Assembly (NCBI GenBank): GCA_002633005.1
Contig: NMRA01000080.1
Location: 844,877 to 908,876 of the forward strand
DNA length: 64,000 nucleotides
Origin: Phoronis australis
Taxonomy: Eukaryota > Animalia > Phoronida
Reading direction: 5' to 3'
Shown: piece by piece, positions 1 to 12,700 of the stretch
How positions within the stretch are numbered: the stretch's first letter is position 1
Layout of the letters: each line of letters opens with the position of its first letter
Notes under the pieces: model-generated
The model's database searches: none
Told to the model about the DNA's origin: nothing
What the model saw: only the letters and a program-made list of their open reading frames with translations
Program-made: the position numbers and the translations under genes

Positions 1-417
1 GGATTACGATGAAATTTTCCTTCACTCACACTCACCACTCACAGAATGAGGCTTAGTACAGATGTAAAATGAAAACGGAAATGAGAAACCGCATTCCTAC
101 GGTAAAAATTCTCACCGCAATTTTCGCAGGAATCAGTCACAAATTCCCATTAAAAAGATCCAGGCAAGTTCCATAATGTCTGGCCTTAGTGGTTTAAGAT
201 GTTTTTTGAGCTGTCCAATACATTGGACTTCACATTTTTTAACATAGCATTTTCCGAGCAATTACTTCATAAGCCAACATTATCAAGTATTATATTATCG
301 TACTTACATCCGGCCAGATTATCTCACATGCAGTAATTTTTGACAAAACAACACGACATTATCTTGTAACAACAGGCGTCAAAAGAAACGCCAAGCAATC
401 ATCTTGATAACTGTCAA

Positions 418-1707
418 AGGCGAAGGCAACCTTTTTTCACGTCATTTTTAGCAAAAATAAGGTTCGTTGATTATTCCAGACATATTTTTCAGTTAATTAC
501 AGCTTTTTGTAATTTAAAAAATTACTCATCTGCTACTCCAGAAGTGACGTTTTGGGAGGCAAGAATTTCGCGCCAATTTCTTTTCATATAGACAGACTAT
601 GACAGCTGCAGTCAATCATCGCTCTACCTCGGTTGTGATAAGTTCGGTCGTCGTTTGCTTTGTTTACGAGTCAGTCAACAAGCCACGTTGTTCCTGCGTG
701 CCGGTGTGTATTCATTATCGGACAGAGGAACAACTGTCCCACTTGCCCGAGTGTCCTGTGACACACTCCCACTGGATGGTTACCTGAGCACACAAACTGC
801 TTACATCCCGCCTGTCACCTTCTAAATAGCTCCACCAATACTTTAGACAAGTCCACAGTAAACTTATCATTGTTTGGCTCACCGATGTGTTCATTGGACG
901 ACCAGGCCTTTATCTAGGATTTCGAAAATAGGGTGTCCAAAATGGGGTTCCCAATATTCCAGGGCGTCCATGATTCCGACGCGTAACCCCCCACCTCCAG
1001 TAATCCCCACAAACACACAGATTTTTTTACAAAAAATGCATAGACCAAGCAGCTTTTACATCTAAGTTTACAAAACAGCCTTCTGTAGTGAGCATTTTTA
1101 CTAAAAAATAAATGTAGGCCAAGACTTTTACAATGCTATCAACCAAGTGCAAGCATGGCAACATTGTATGTACTTTGTATACATTGTATATTTCTTCCTA
1201 CTTTGAAAAAATAGCCCCCACTGTGAGCCTTCAGAGGCTTCCTAGTCCTTGCCAGGGTGTCCAAATTAGTGCTAGGATGTCCATTTGGATGCCCAGGACG
1301 TACGCTGTATAAAGGCCTGTGGACGATGAACTCTCCTCTTCACTCGGTGTCTAACTGGGCCTGTATTCACTCCCACTACTCAACATCACAGCTGGGCTGC
1401 TTAGAGGCTCTGAGTACATCCCAGTACGCAGCAACAATGTGGCATGTTGACTAACTCGAAAACAAAAGCAAACACCATGGAACTTATCACAACCGAGATA
1501 GAACAATGACTGCCTCCGCAACTCTCACAGTTAGACTGTGAAAAGAAATTCGCGCAAAATTCCTGCTTCCCAAAACGTCACTTCTGGAGTAGAGGACGAA
1601 TTATTAATGAAATTGCAAAAAGCTGTAATTAAGTGAAAAATATGTCAGGGATAATCAATGAACCTTATTTCCGCTAAAAATGACCTGAAAAAAGGTTGCC
1701 TTCCGCT
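418..1707. mobile_element. Non-autonomous DNA transposon, Kolobok-like (TTAA target, about 180-bp TIRs)
   Basis: 418-600 is the inverted repeat of 1530-1707; termini AGGCGAAGGCAACC / GGTTGCCTTCCGCT; flanks TCAA and TTAA. Confidence 0.75.
903..1319. mobile_element. hAT-like MITE nested in the Kolobok-like element
   Basis: TIRs CAGGCCTTTAT / ATAAAGGCCTG; 8-bp TSD TGGACGAC / TGGACGAT. Confidence 0.8.
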
Positions 1708-2136
1708 TTAAGTCTTTGCCCAGTTTTTTTTTTTGAGCGGACTTGCAAAATATCATTTTCCATCACAGGCATTTTTAGGTAAGCCAACTCAAAGATGAGA
1801 AGTTCTCGCCACCTGGTGACTGGGGGTTCACAGTTTGTAAACATGTCCCTCCAGAGTAACAGCGTTTCAGAGAAACTAGTCGACCTCACGCACCAAATGC
1901 CCATTTTTCAATTTTACCACTTACCCTTTNTATAGTGTTTCTCATAGACATTGACCTCCATCTCTAGCTGGCTGAGCCATCTCAAAAAGGTTAAATTAAA
2001 ATTAGTCAGTCTAGAAACGGGATGTAGTCACTTTTCGCATTTCCAAGTGATGGTGGTCAATGTCTAGTGTTTCCATAAAACAATTTTAGAAAAATCAGAA
2101 CCTGGTGGTGTTGAGACAAGAGTTTCTTATGAAACT

Positions 2137-3092
2137 AGGCAATGACCATCGCCTCTGTTGGCCCGACCAGAGGCGATGCAGCTCCTACAGGGGCTCCGTA
2201 CGCCGGAAGCTTTTTGGCGAATTATGCCTCGCACTGGCTAAAGCATGAAAGTCACATTGTTATAAATACCTTTTGCGTATAGAGGGACACCTTAGGAGGT
2301 TTGGCGGTGTGTTTAATTCCTTGCAACTGAAACAAATACTTCTGTTATCGAACTTTTTGTTCGAGCAGTCACTCGTTCAGTTCCCAAAATTGTGAACTCA
2401 CCATTTTTATACTGCGCACACTCCAATTTTTATCATGCTCGCTAGGTGATGTGACTTCATGACCTCAATCTTTAAATAGGCCAAAGGTGAGCTATTGCGG
2501 TCTTGTCAGTCAAATGTTCGTTTCCAAAATGCCACCACTACTTGTCTTTAATTGGCGTTACTTGAAACTGATTGTATTTCAATGAACTATTGGTTGTATT
2601 TGATAAAAATAAATGCTGTTGATATGACATTTAATAGTCTTTGTGCACATATTTGACATTTTAATGTTTAACAACACGGCAAATTCACGGCTGGTTCCTG
2701 GCAGCACGTACGCAAAGGGCGGGGACTGACTTCAGCTTTCAAAGTTCGCCAGTAGGACCGCAACTTCTGACCTTCGGCCTGGTTAAAAGAATGAGGTCAT
2801 ATCTCTTGGTGTGCGCCGAGTGAAAATGTTGAGTTCACGATTTTGGGAACTGAAATAGGGACTGCTCGAAGAAAAAGCTTGATAACGGGAGTATTTGTTC
2901 GAGTTGGAAAGAATTAAACACATCGACAACCTCATAAGGTGCTCCTCTATGCGCAAAAGGTATTTATAACAACGTGACTTTGATGCTTTAGTCGGTGCGA
3001 GGCATAATTCGCCGAAAAGCTTCCAGCGTATGGAGCGCCTATAGGAGCTGCATCGCCTCTGGTCGGGCCAACAGAGGCGATAGTTATTGCCT
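2137..3092. mobile_element. Unclassified non-autonomous element with about 280-bp TIRs and subterminal hairpins
   Basis: 2137-2420 is the inverted repeat of 2810-3092; each end holds CATCGCCTCTG-N10-CAGAGGCGAT. Confidence 0.8.
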
Positions 3093-3583
3093 GGTGGTGT
3101 TAAGACAAGAGTTTCTGATGAAACGAGACATCCTTTTCATTACCCAGACGGCGTGAGTAATAATGACTGGAAGACGCCACATTATGGTTAGGCTATGTCT
3201 GAAAGAAAGTCTTCCTAATAACAGTCTCTTCAAATCTGTCATGAAATCATGTGTGATTTACGGTTGCTGAAGATCCATGGTCATTTCGTGATTGGACACA
3301 AACTTGCCGTCTTAAACTGGGGTGACAGTTGGGGGATTGCTCTGACCAATGTAACACAAGTCAAATACAGAATGTTTCATTATCATGGTGCAAGAGGTTT
3401 TACCAAAAACAATTTAGAGATGTAAGAGACGAGTATTTATTACCGTCTGTTGCCCATGATTTTTGATAAATAACTTCATTGGAAGAATGATTATTCACAA
3501 AACTTTTTAATGGATCATGTGACCTCCTAGGTATCTACAATGTTCCATTCAATTTCAAACCCATTCGAATTACTATGTTCCAG

Positions 3584-3763
3584 GCATATTGGAAAGGCTG
3601 AGTTATTTCTCCAAGATCGGCGTCAAGGCTTTGTGGATCAGTTCCATCTACGAGTCGCCTCTGTTGGATGGGGGCCAAGATGTCAGTGACCACAAAGCAA
3701 TCAATCCGTTGTTTGGTACATTGAAGGACTTCAAGAAATTGGTCAAGGAAATGAAGAAAAAGG
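3584..3763 (+). CDS. SLC3-like exon (GILERLSYFSKIGVKALWISSIYESP...EMKKK)
   Basis: ttccag acceptor, G|GTAAGT donor, GH13 beta2 region. Confidence 0.9.
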
Positions 3764-6700
3764 GTAAGTGATAAAATTGAAAAATGGGCATTTAGCGTGT
3801 GAGGTCTCCCTGTTTCTCTGAAACGATGTTACTCTGGAGTGACGTGGTTACCAACCGCGAACTCCCAGTCACCAGGTGGCGAGAAAGCCTTATCTTTGGG
3901 TTGGCTCACCTACAAATGCCATACAACATGTGATGCAGGAAATCGACATTTCGCAACTCCACTCAAAAATACCTTGGCAAATAGTTAGGGCTGTTCCAGC
4001 AAAATCTGTGTGGGAGGGGGGGAAGGCAACTGAAATAAAAAATTATGGGTGGTTGCGTTTGATTTAAATTCGAAATGGCTGGTGGTCGTACTTCAAAAAA
4101 ATAAAAATTTACAGGTCGTTGTTGTTTCATTGGGCCATAAATGTTTGATGGTGGGTAATTTTAGTAAATTTTATAAACAATCCGTACAGAATCAAAAATT
4201 GAAACAAAAATGCAACTTGCAAAAAGCTCCGACTTTTTCGCTCCCTCCATCTCCTCATCGGCATGCAAATAACACCATTTAACCACAGGTGCTCGAATTT
4301 CTCGATGGCTAATAACCATATATAAGAAAAATATGTTTTCTTAGTAATGAATGATGTTAGAGGTGATGGATGAACAGATAAACTCAAGCGCCTGTGCAGT
4401 CAACCACAAGAACAAAAAAAAAATTACGGATGGTTGCATTTCATTATAAAAAATTACGGGTGGTAGGCTGAAGAAATAAATGAAAAATATGGGTGGTGGG
4501 TGCGAAAAAAGGTGCCTTCCCCCCCTCCCATACAGATTTTACTGGAACAGCCCTTAACGGTTATCAAGGTAATTGCTTGGAATTCCTTTTGACACCCGTT
4601 GTTACAAGATAATGTCGTGTTGTTTTGTCAAAAATTACTGCATGTGAGATAATCTGGCCGGATGTAAGTACGATAATACTTGATAGTGTTGTCTTAGGAA
4701 GTAAATGCTGGGAAAATGCTATCTTAAAAAATATGAAGTCCAATGTATTGGGCAGCTCAAAAACATCTTAAAACCCCTAAGGCCAGACGTGATGGAACTT
4801 GTCTGTATCTTTTACTGGGGATTTGTGACTTATTGCTGCGAAAATTGCAAAAATGAGAATTTTTGTCATAGGAACATGTGCTCGCATTCCTGTTTTCATT
4901 TCATATCTCTACTAAGCCTTATTCAGTGAATGGTGGATGTGAGTTAATCAACGTGTAACTGTTATTAGAAACCAATATGTGCATATTATGATATTACAGA
5001 GTCTTGTCCTAACTGACTTGACTGTTGTGGAAACCTGGCGTTTCTGTGTTTCACATGGTTTCTGTGTTTCACGCAGGCAGCTGCTGTTTGCTATGATACC
5101 GGTAGTCCATATTGAAGTGGTAGAGCAGCCTTCAGCTATTATTAGGCAGCCTCAGCTATTATTGGACTGCCAGCAGATGTGCCAGCAATTTAACTGCTGT
5201 AATGCCATACTGGGCATAAATCCACTTCCATGTAAATGAATCTTTTGCTGCTCTGAGTGCCTCACTGACACTGAACGCCAACATTAATAATGTCTAAACA
5301 TGTCAGTTCACATTTAATACTTTGTAGCAAAACGCCCAGTGTTCAAAATTTGAGATACAACATAAAAGTTGCCCGTGCCATATTTTCAGAACCAAAATTT
5401 CAGTGTCAATTTCGTTGTCCTTGCTCAGCATTCAAATTTAGCACAAACTAAGGGGCTCCTCGTACGAATTTTGCCTGTCTTGTTGTTTTTGAAACTAAAG
5501 GTTACGTGGGACTTCATCAACTGGTCCCTGTGTAGCCAGATATCTAGATAATTGTAGAAATTAATCTGTAAAAGTATGTACTTTCTGAAAGCAGAAAACA
5601 TTTGGACTTTCAAATTTGGAAAATTTCCTAGGGTCCAACATAACCTCAACACAAAAATGCTTTAACTATTTATTTTGAACCTTTTATCTTGTGGATTTTA
5701 AATTTCTTAATGAGCAATTTCTAAACCTGTAACTTCCCAGAGAATAATCTGCACCGTGAGAGGAGGCAGTGTGGTCTAGTGGAACAATTGTCGCTTCCTT
5801 TGTGCAAGGTCGTGGGTTCAAGTCCCACTGGGGCACACTCCTAGACCTTTGAATCAGGTCTCCAGCTCCTCAGTTTGGTTTTTACTGTATATTAATAAAG
5901 CATAAAAATCGTTCCAGATGATCAGTGGTATGGGCTCACCTGAGCGGCCTGCACACGTCTGGCACAACATGTACCAGACCGCCTACAATTATTTTTTATA
6001 AATAATAACAGTGAAGAGTGTAACAGTTGACAGGCGTCACCAGTTACAACCGTCAAGCCCTGTTTACCTGTAATATTGTAGGTATGAAGCTGTTGCTGGA
6101 CTTTATCCCTAATCACACCAGTAAAACCCACAAGTGGTTCATGCAGAGTAGCAAGAGTTCCAGCGGGCCATATGCCGATTTCTACGTCTGGGCAGACGGA
6201 GCCAGCGGTGCCAATGGTAGCTCCCCGCCTAACAACTGGGTAAGTGTCCGGCTTCCTGCTCTGTGTTGTGCCTGATGACTGATAAGTCATGTTGCACAGC
6301 GTCTCGCCAAAGAACGTTGTCAGTCTCCAGGTGGTATGATTCATCAATGTTGACGACTGAATCATCAATTGGTAATGAATTCATAAAGTCAAGTGAATGA
6401 TAGAGCCTTCCAATTAGGACAATAATGGTACTGATAATAATAATAATAATTACCATTGTGAGCATTACTACTACTATTATTACTATTGTTATTACTATTA
6501 CTTTTACTCAGGGCTTGGAATTTTCCGCGGAAACGCGAATTTCCGCTTTTTTCAAATGTTCTTTCTGCGTATTTTATTATATTTCCGCGTAAAAAAAATC
6601 GGATTTGATATAAAATTTCCGTGGCAAATGTCTTTCTTACCGCCACGTTGCCGACGACTTTCACCTCGAAAAGCGGAAGTTGCTCTTTATGTTTCGGAGG

Positions 6701-9700
6701 AACGTAAATTGTCAACATTGCCGGGGCATCTGGGATAGCATGGTGGATTTCCTCAATGGCGGCATGGCAGCTCGTGTGATTGTAAACCGCGGTGACAAAT
6801 ACTACGACTCTGAAGCCAAAAAATGTTTGGAGGTGGTAGTGGCAAACGAGCTAAGACAGACGCACGCTTCCGGAGGTGGTACCGTTTTTTTTTTAGTCCT
6901 CTCGATTTTGGTCGGCAAAAGGTCCACACCGACTTTTTCAAGGCTGGCTCCGCATGTTTCGGGCCGCAAAAATTTCCGCGTTTTTCGCCATTAGTCATTC
7001 CAAGCCCTGTTTACTATAATTACTATTATTACTACTATTATTACTACGATTATTATTAGTAGTATTACTATGAATATTACTGTTACTATTGTTATTATTA
7101 TTATCATTGTCATAAGTAGTGCAAGTTTGTTACGATCTGGGAGAGTTCATTTCTGTCCCAACAATATTCCTTGTTACCATTAAAGGTGTCACCTGTGTAG
7201 TGACTAAGCATTGAATACAACTGAGCTCATGGTTGGGTTTTAAAGTTATGTAACAAAAAGTACATCACATTGTGTGTGAAGGTGTGCAATATGGGAAGTG
7301 TACCTGTCATCTCAAGAATGAGTTACCTAATAGTATTGCAATCCTTTTCAGGTGAGCACCTACAGCAAGCCGGCGTGGACGATGTATGGTCTTCGAAAAC
7401 AGTATTACCTGCACCAGACTCAGGAGAACCTGCCGGAGTTGAACCTGAGGAACCCCAAAGTTCTAGATGAACTCACGGTATGGTAGATAGTTCTCCTTGA
7501 GCAAAAATTCAAATACAGTGCAAGTTGTGAGTTATGTTTCCACGTCATAATTTAAAATTTGCAGTTTTTGTTGATAGGAATGTTCTGGATTCACAGCAAC
7601 ACTCGAATCTCGCTGTATTTACCCACAACGCCATAAACATTCTTCAGGAACATTTGCTGCCTCGTTTTGGAACCATTGGAGTTTCACATGTTATTTGTTG
7701 TTGTTTGATACTTTACAAAATTTTCTCGGTTGAATTATTCTATTCGTCTTTCCAATGCCAACGAAGTATTACTGCTGTGCTGTGGGCTGGAACTCCGACG
7801 TTAGAAAGTTTAATAAACTGGACAAATACCCATGATTGCGTGATGTAAAATTGTTCACCTACCAGACATCAACGAGGTAATCGAAAATGTGCCTGATTTC
7901 CAAAACGTGGTCACACGCTTTCTTATCTCTGGAACAAAGGAAAGTTATCGTGCCGTGTAATTTGAGACAGTCCTGTTCATATAAGGAACAATAATATTGG
8001 CTATCCCAAATTAAAGAATCGCAGCAGATTAAATTACCCACTCTGTTTATTGAAAGCACATGGTCCAAGATATTGTGAACACCAAAATCATTGTCTCAAG
8101 TTACATAATCAAAAAATTCAACTTTCCTGTAGTTTCTGTGTGCCAAATTCTTGAGACTGTTGAAATTGGAGAGTTTTTACCGTATTCACATTTGGCACCA
8201 GAACAGTATTAAAAAAATACTAGGTCACGAATTTAGTCATTTTTTGTTATTAAGGTTATCTCCAACCTTATTTAGTGGCCTCCATTCTAACTCGTATATC
8301 AAAAAAACTAAGCTGTGTCAACTAGTAAAAGTATATATTTTCAGAAAGAAAAAAGATCATGCAATATACAAATATTTTGTATTAAATACCATTATTATTA
8401 TTACATTAACACCTTTTTAAGTCAAAATTTCATTTTTTTTAAGAAAGGTACATTCATAGTACAGTAACCCCTCCATCGATTTCAATGAAACCTTTTCAAA
8501 AACGCTGTTAGGAATTTTCGATTAGTCCTTTCGTTTGGTTTCTATTAGTCCTTTCGTTTGGTTTCTATGACAAAACAAATCGCAAAACATAAGGAATTTT
8601 TGTAAAACATAGAAGTCGTTTTTGCATTTGTTACATTACGACAGAACTAGGCCTTTTTATCGAAAATTCTAACAGTGCTTTTGAGATCCGCGTATTCCAT
8701 CCAACCATTTTCGAGAACTTGTGTTCCTAAGTTCAAATAAAGTCGATTTGCCAAAGCTGAGAAAAAGCCGATTAAACTGGGACGAATGAAAATCTCAAAG
8801 TCTTTGATTAATTATTTGGTGAAAACTTGTAAATACAACCTATACAGGCCTTAATTACGTTAGCTATTTCAACATTCTCTCTCAATGTCAACTGAATTTG
8901 CACTTCATAATTAACTTAATTATCATTAAAATGGGGTTGACCAAATGCGACCTACTTAAAAGTATGTCACAGTTCATTGTTATGAACATAGTCTTTACAC
9001 ATCACGTGCAGGGAGACTGATACGAAACCAACTAAGAAATGGATAACAAAAATTGAGTCAGTGGTTAAAGCGTGTCGTTAGCATGAGAATTTGGGTGAGG
9101 ATTTATCTCTTTCACAACTTGTTGTGTTCATTACCACAGAGGCGTGAGGCGACTCATACCATTCGTTCTCAATGGTTGTATGCATGTATACGCACAATTC
9201 CCTCACGACCAAAAGTAGTCTTTGTTTCCCCTGGCACCGTTCTAGCATAAGTTCACCTCTTTGACTATTATTGCGACTTGGTGAATGAAAGGACGGAGGG
9301 TACATACAAAGCTGCTCTGTACCTGGCTTGAGATTCGATCTGAGTGACCGCCCTGTAACCTTTGATCTCGGATAAGTAGTAAACAAACATCCACGCGGTT
9401 GTCCGGTTCCAAGATGGTTCTGCTAAATCTTTTTTCTATCTACACTGTATATATTTTGTGTTTGAAGTTTCGGAGAATGAAGGTAAGGTATTTTGCTAGG
9501 CACGTGAAATATTGTAAAAATGACCAATTTTTATGCGCCCACATATTAATAGGTGGACGCATTATGCCGTTATCTCCGTCCGTCCGTCTGGTGTCCGGCG
9601 TCCGCTTCTCTATCTCTAAACCACTTTGGCATATGTTCATGAAATTTGGCACATATGTTCCATTCATGAATGGGACGCCATGAGCGACCTTTCGGACGGA

Positions 9701-12700
9701 TCCGACTACCGGTATGCCCCTAGTGGCAATTTTATTTTTTTACGCTTACCTTTGTATCTTCAAGTCCTGAACGGATTTTCATGAAATTTGGTATGTAGGC
9801 ACTTATTAGTGAGATGACGCTATCCTCCTGTTTTCGGATGGATTCGACGTAGTTTGCGCCACCTAGTGGCCATTTTTACTGTTTTCGAGTCTGTTTTTTT
9901 GCGTCCACCCCTCTATCAAGCAAACCGCTCAAAGGATGATTGTGAAAATTGGCATGTTTGTGCTTACTATAAAGAGGATGGTTGACGATGATTTTCCGAC
10001 GATTTCGAGTACTGTGGCGCCTCCTAGTAGCTGTTTTTTTTTGCACCTATGGCTATATCTCCTAAATCGTTCGCAGGATCTTTACGAAATTTAGTAAGTA
10101 TATTTATATGATGTTAATAAGGGACGACGACGACTTTTGGACAGATTCGACTACCAGTATGCCCCCTAGTGGCAATTTTATTTTTTTACGTTTACCTTTG
10201 TATCTTCAAAAGTCCTTAACGGATTTTTATGAAATGTAATATGTAGGCACCTATTAGTGAGGTGACGCTATCCTCTCGTTTTCGGATGGATTCGACGTAG
10301 TTTGTGCCACCTAGTGGCCATTTTTACTGTTTTCGATGTTGACTACGTATGACGACAACTTTCGGACAGATCTGACTACTGCTGTGCCCCCTAGTGGCAA
10401 TTTAGGTTTTTTACGTTTAACTCGGTGTGTTCAAAGGTCTTCAACAGATTTTCATAAAATTTTAAATATAGGCATCTTGTGGGTTATATTGTGAATGAAT
10501 AAAACCCGATGTGGTTCGAAGAGTAAAGCACTTCTGTTCGGTATGATGTATTTAAAAGCTACTGGTGAGATAGTGTAAGGATATAACATATAACATGCAA
10601 GTGAACCTATTCGACCAATCAGAATGTGCACCAAATATAAAACTAACCAATGGGGAAGATTAGCTTGGGCTGGGATGATTTGTAAATATATGTCAAGAGG
10701 TAGCAATTAATAACTTGAAACTGAACATGTACAGTAAACACCCAAGCTAAACATATGTCAAGAGGCAACAATTAATAACTTTAAACTAAACATACAGTAA
10801 ACACCTAAGCTAATTAACCCCTGAAAACCTGTCATAAACACATGCCAATACATCTGTTAGTGTGATGACGCTATCTCCCTCTTTTTAGATGGAATCGAGG
10901 TATTTTGCACCACCTAGTGGCCATTTTTGCTGTTTTCAAATTTCGTTTTTGGTGCCCACCCCTGTATCAACCAAATCATTTGAAAATTGGCATATATGTT
11001 CTCAGTGTGAAGACGACCTTTGATGATGATGACTGACTACTGTTGCGCCTCCTAGTGGTAGTTTTGTTTTGAGCTCGTAGTTGTATCTCCTAAACCCACT
11101 GCAGGATCTTTACCAAATTTAGTAAGTGTATTTATATGAAGATAACAACAGATGATGACTTTCAGGCGGATCCAACGGACACTGTGCCCACTGGTGGCAA
11201 TTTCATTTCATTTTATTTTGTTTTCCTTTGTTTCTCTGAAGTTTCTTGACAGATTTTTATGAAATATGGCATTTTCCTGTTTTTGGATGGTTTGTATGTT
11301 TTTGCGCCATCTAGGCCATTTGTATGATACATTTGCACATCATTTGCAATGCATTCGTGGGCGCATTTCAACGTTCCGCGTTGCTCTTGTTGTGAATAAG
11401 GGTTGAGATATCCTTAAAACACTTGTGAATGTTACTTTTTGCAGGAGATTCTTCAACACTGGTTAGATCTGGGAGTGGACGGTTTTGTGGTGCAGAACGC
11501 CCAGTATTTGTTTGAAGACAAGGATCTACGCAACGAGCCTGCCGGTGATGGTACAGCGGTAAGTACACTTAGAGGGCACTGGTCAGTTGATTTTATGTTC
11601 TTTGCAGCCGTCATACTGTTAAATTTCCACTGTTGTGCGATGGTACATTCAAACAATTCATGCAGATATGTTCAGTGTCTCAAAATGCCAGTTAATGAAG
11701 GTAATAGTGTTTCATCTCTGTCAAATCTGCCTGTCTTGCATGCCAGAATTGGAAATTGGGTAGAGTCAGAACTGACTTTTTGCACTCACAACACCAAGTA
11801 GTTTATATAATATTTCCTAGTGTGGGAAGAACTTGACAGAATTGTGCAGGTGTTAAACAATTCACCGCAGTCACATAAGAACAATGTTAAGTGCACCACT
11901 GGCAACTAAGAGTCAGAACTGACTTTTTGCACTCACAACACCAAGAAGTTTATAGAATAATTCCTAGTGTGGGAAGAACTTGACAGAACTGTGCAGGTGT
12001 TAAACAATTCACCGCAGTCACATAAGAACAATGTTAAGTGCAGCACTGGCAACTAAGTACATAGACATTTCCTCATATCTGTTTTGAGCACGCCCATCCT
12101 TGTACACTTCTGTTGTACTAATTCCTATTTTACATTTGTCACTCTGGTACCAATAATGTTTTAGTTTCGCATGAACAGTTACAAAGCTGACAATTGAGGT
12201 TTTGAAAAACTCAGTGCTCTGTGAGGCGAGATCAATTGCCGCTCACTCGTCTGACTCAGGGTGCCACCATGACATTCTGTTTCTTTGAAAATTACACCTT
12301 ACGTTTTTCTGTCTCTTCAATTGGGGGGAGGCCGAGTTTGCGAATCTGAGTTGATGTGGAGAGTTTGGTAAGTTGAACTTGTTTTAGATCAAGTTGGTCT
12401 GTTCAGTAACTGTCGTGGCACTGATTCTCTTCATGGATTTGCAGGGAGACTACGACTCTCTCCAGCACACCTTAACAGTCGACCAGCCTGAGAACTTTCC
12501 TCTGGTCTACCAGTGGCAGGAGCTGTTGGACAACATGACTGCTAAAACTGAGAGACAAAGGTAGTGGCAAATTCCGCAAATTATCCGTTGCTATGACATT
12601 CCTTCTGTTTTTCATCTTAGTGTGACCCTTAATCTTAATATTTTAAGTGTATTCTTTGCTTCCATTTAAGGAAACTTGAAGCAAAGCCAGATAGTTTTAT

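Larger units (their letters stand above)
25..1929 (-). repeat. Inverted, diverged copy of the SLC3-like intron start (3759-4945), including the AAAGG|GTAAGT donor
   Basis: 1712-1929 is the reverse complement of about 3759-3985, and 25-413 is the reverse complement of about 4557-4945; the copy ends at the n at 1930. Confidence 0.85.

Noticed and set aside
5763-5836. tRNA gene
   Set aside because: A and B boxes are present but the anticodon and acceptor stems do not pair convincingly, and a SINE-like body follows.
6389-7059. ORFs of 60-109 aa over the MITE (and 16084-16645 over copy 2)
   Set aside because: They lie in a non-coding MITE and microsatellite, and the frames are not conserved between the two copies.
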